Below are positions 40,493 through 40,554 of a stretch of 40,554 bases of DNA, one piece after another (the stretch's first letter is position 1; every line of letters begins with the position of its first letter). A program made the translations under genes and the position numbers. The DNA comes from a virus. The stretch is from UHGV virus genome UHGV-0200722; one strand, given 5' to 3'. The notes under the pieces are model-generated. The model saw nothing but the letters and a program-made list of their open reading frames with translations. It did not search any database and was not told where the DNA came from.

Positions 40493-40554
<62 letters not shown>

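Overview
The window reads as an essentially complete, circularly closed ~40.5-kb genome of a temperate lambdoid phage of Enterobacteriaceae, with P22-like short-tailed virion genes and lambda-type regulation and lysis. Coordinates are linearised inside a complete 1953-bp IS100-like (IS21-family) insertion: its left inverted repeat is at 40509..40554, its body and right end at 1..1907, and a 5-bp GTTCA duplication flanks it at 40504..40508 and 1908..1912. Gene order on the + strand is IS (istA, istB), nin region (ninB, D, F, G, H, phosphatase), Q with PR', lysis cassette (S, R, Rz/Rz1), Rha, terminase, portal, scaffold, coat, gp4, gp10, tail needle, gp14, ejection proteins gp7/gp20/gp16, an accessory island, immI (mnt, arc, ant), tailspike, a LexA-box operon, attP-like repeats and integrase. 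The - strand carries the leftward early operon (xis-like, Ea22-like, Abc, SSB-like, Erf, Kil, cIII, Ral, N with nutL) and a cI-type repressor; the + strand then resumes with cro, nutR, cII, O (with internal iterons) and a DnaB-type helicase. The best candidates for an undescribed system are (1) a Panacea/DUF4065-domain protein translationally coupled to an unrecognised 139-aa partner at 22740..23613, (2) a LexA-box-controlled two-gene operon ending in a UmuD'-like protein at 27718..28274, and (3) a small membrane protein cotranscribed with cI at 36135..36449. All protein calls rest on my reading of the supplied translations and remembered family sequences; no database search was run.
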